Positions 63,255 through 64,000 of a stretch of 64,000 nt of DNA are shown here, piece by piece. Source of the DNA: a phage; the sequence record PX880099.1; one strand, given 5' to 3'. Every line of letters starts with the position of its first letter. Within the stretch, counting starts at the first letter, position 1. The notes under the pieces were generated by a model. That model was not told the DNA's origin. It did no database searches and saw only the letters and a list, made by a program, of their open reading frames with translations. The position numbers and the translations under genes were made by a program.

Positions 63255-64000
63255 ATGTTTAAAGTAGGTTTTGTTTATAATTTCAAATCGGAAGATACCA
63301 AAAAGAATTTTGGTAAAGCTAGTATTCGTAACGCTTTCTTTGTAGGTTGCATTCAAGATAGCAAGTTTAAAGTTTTAGATGTTGATTTTCTAGGTTCTGT
63401 GTCAAAGGTGAAGGTATTAGACACAAATAAGATCATCGAAGGTAGTTCTGGGCTTTTTCCTGAAGGCTATAAGCTTGTAAGTTGTATAGATTATAGTCGT
63501 TTTGAAGAACATCCTCCTGAAGATTATGAGGATTCTCCTACAGGAGGTTGTGTCTTTGTAGAAGGTGGTGTCTATAAGTTTGCAAGTGAACAAGATCGTA
63601 AGCTTTTCGCCAATTATATTGACGGCGGACAAACGACAAACAATGTAAACCGAAAAATTTCCGATCTTATTGGAGATGATCCTTTCGTGATCACAAAGAT
63701 GGTTGGACAAGATGTAACAGCAATCCGTAGGCTTGTATGTAATACAAATCATGTAGCAGGTGAAGGTTGGTTCAAAGAAGCTTGTGCACTGCTAATCAAA
63801 AGCGATAACCCTTACTTTAAAAATATTAAAAATGCTGTTGAGCCTAAACAAGAGGAACCCGCAGCGAATTTTAAACACTATGCTATTGTTAAAGGTATGA
63901 ATGTCCAACTGGTGTCACATTCTTACGAAGAGATCGCCACAGAAGCAAAAAAGATGAAGGAAGAATACCCAATTTCTACTGTTGAGATCTATGAGCGTAT
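63255..64000 (+). CDS. hypothetical protein, paralog family member 3 (3' end outside window)
   Basis: ATG after SD AAAGGGGAA; N-terminal MFKVGFVYNFKS matches paralogs; frame open to window end. Confidence 0.5.
   Translation, partial: MFKVGFVYNFKSEDTKKNFGKASIRNAFFVGCIQDSKFKVLDVDFLGSVSKVKVLDTNKIIEGSSGLFPEGYKLVSCIDYSRFEEHPPEDYEDSPTGGCVFVEGGVYKFASEQDRKLFANYIDGGQTTNNVNRKISDLIGDDPFVITKMVGQDVTAIRRLVCNTNHVAGEGWFKEACALLIKSDNPYFKNIKNAVEPKQEEPAANFKHYAIVKGMNVQLVSHSYEEIATEAKKMKEEYPISTVEIYER

Noticed and set aside
1-64000. Prophage or integrative element
   Set aside because: No integrase, recombinase, repressor/Cro switch or att-like direct repeats seen; gene content (own DNA polymerase, primase-helicase, RNR) fits a virulent phage.

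Overview
The window reads as a contiguous segment of a large virulent tailed dsDNA phage genome; no integrase, att site, rRNA, tRNA or CRISPR array was seen. Calls rest on motif recognition by eye and on the supplied ORF track, with no database search. Layout: (1) 1-5.6 kb, + strand, tail-fibre genes including a collagen-like fibre and a large fibre with an Ig-like domain, each followed by a hairpin terminator. (2) 5.7-40.6 kb, - strand, a replication and nucleotide-metabolism block: SSB-like protein with an E. coli-type C-terminal tip, family A DNA polymerase, N6-adenine methyltransferase, primase-helicase, four putative glycosyltransferases, SleB-family wall hydrolase, anaerobic RNR nrdD/nrdG, UvrD-like helicase. 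Embedded in it is a tellurite-resistance-like module (TerD, TerD-like/vWA, TelA, TerC) with PRTase, HAD and macro-domain genes. (3) 40.8-47.0 kb, + strand, small genes, an AAA+ ATPase, a Cys-rich repeat protein and a NADAR-family protein. (4) 47.0-48.2 kb, AT-rich repeats with Fur-box-like palindromes. (5) 48.2-59.1 kb, the most unusual part: about 25 tandem cassettes, each a near-consensus sigma70-type promoter followed at the transcript 5' end by a conserved GC-rich stem-loop and then one to three small unrecognisable ORFs. The same cassette sits upstream of the TerC gene on the other strand. (6) 59.1-60.6 kb, an ORF-free A+C-rich region, then further + strand genes including a three-member paralogous family. 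Host is probably a Gram-negative (proteobacterial) bacterium, judged from the SSB tail and promoter type, but this is inference. Many CDS starts were adjusted from the ORF track using Shine-Dalgarno spacing and are uncertain by a few codons.
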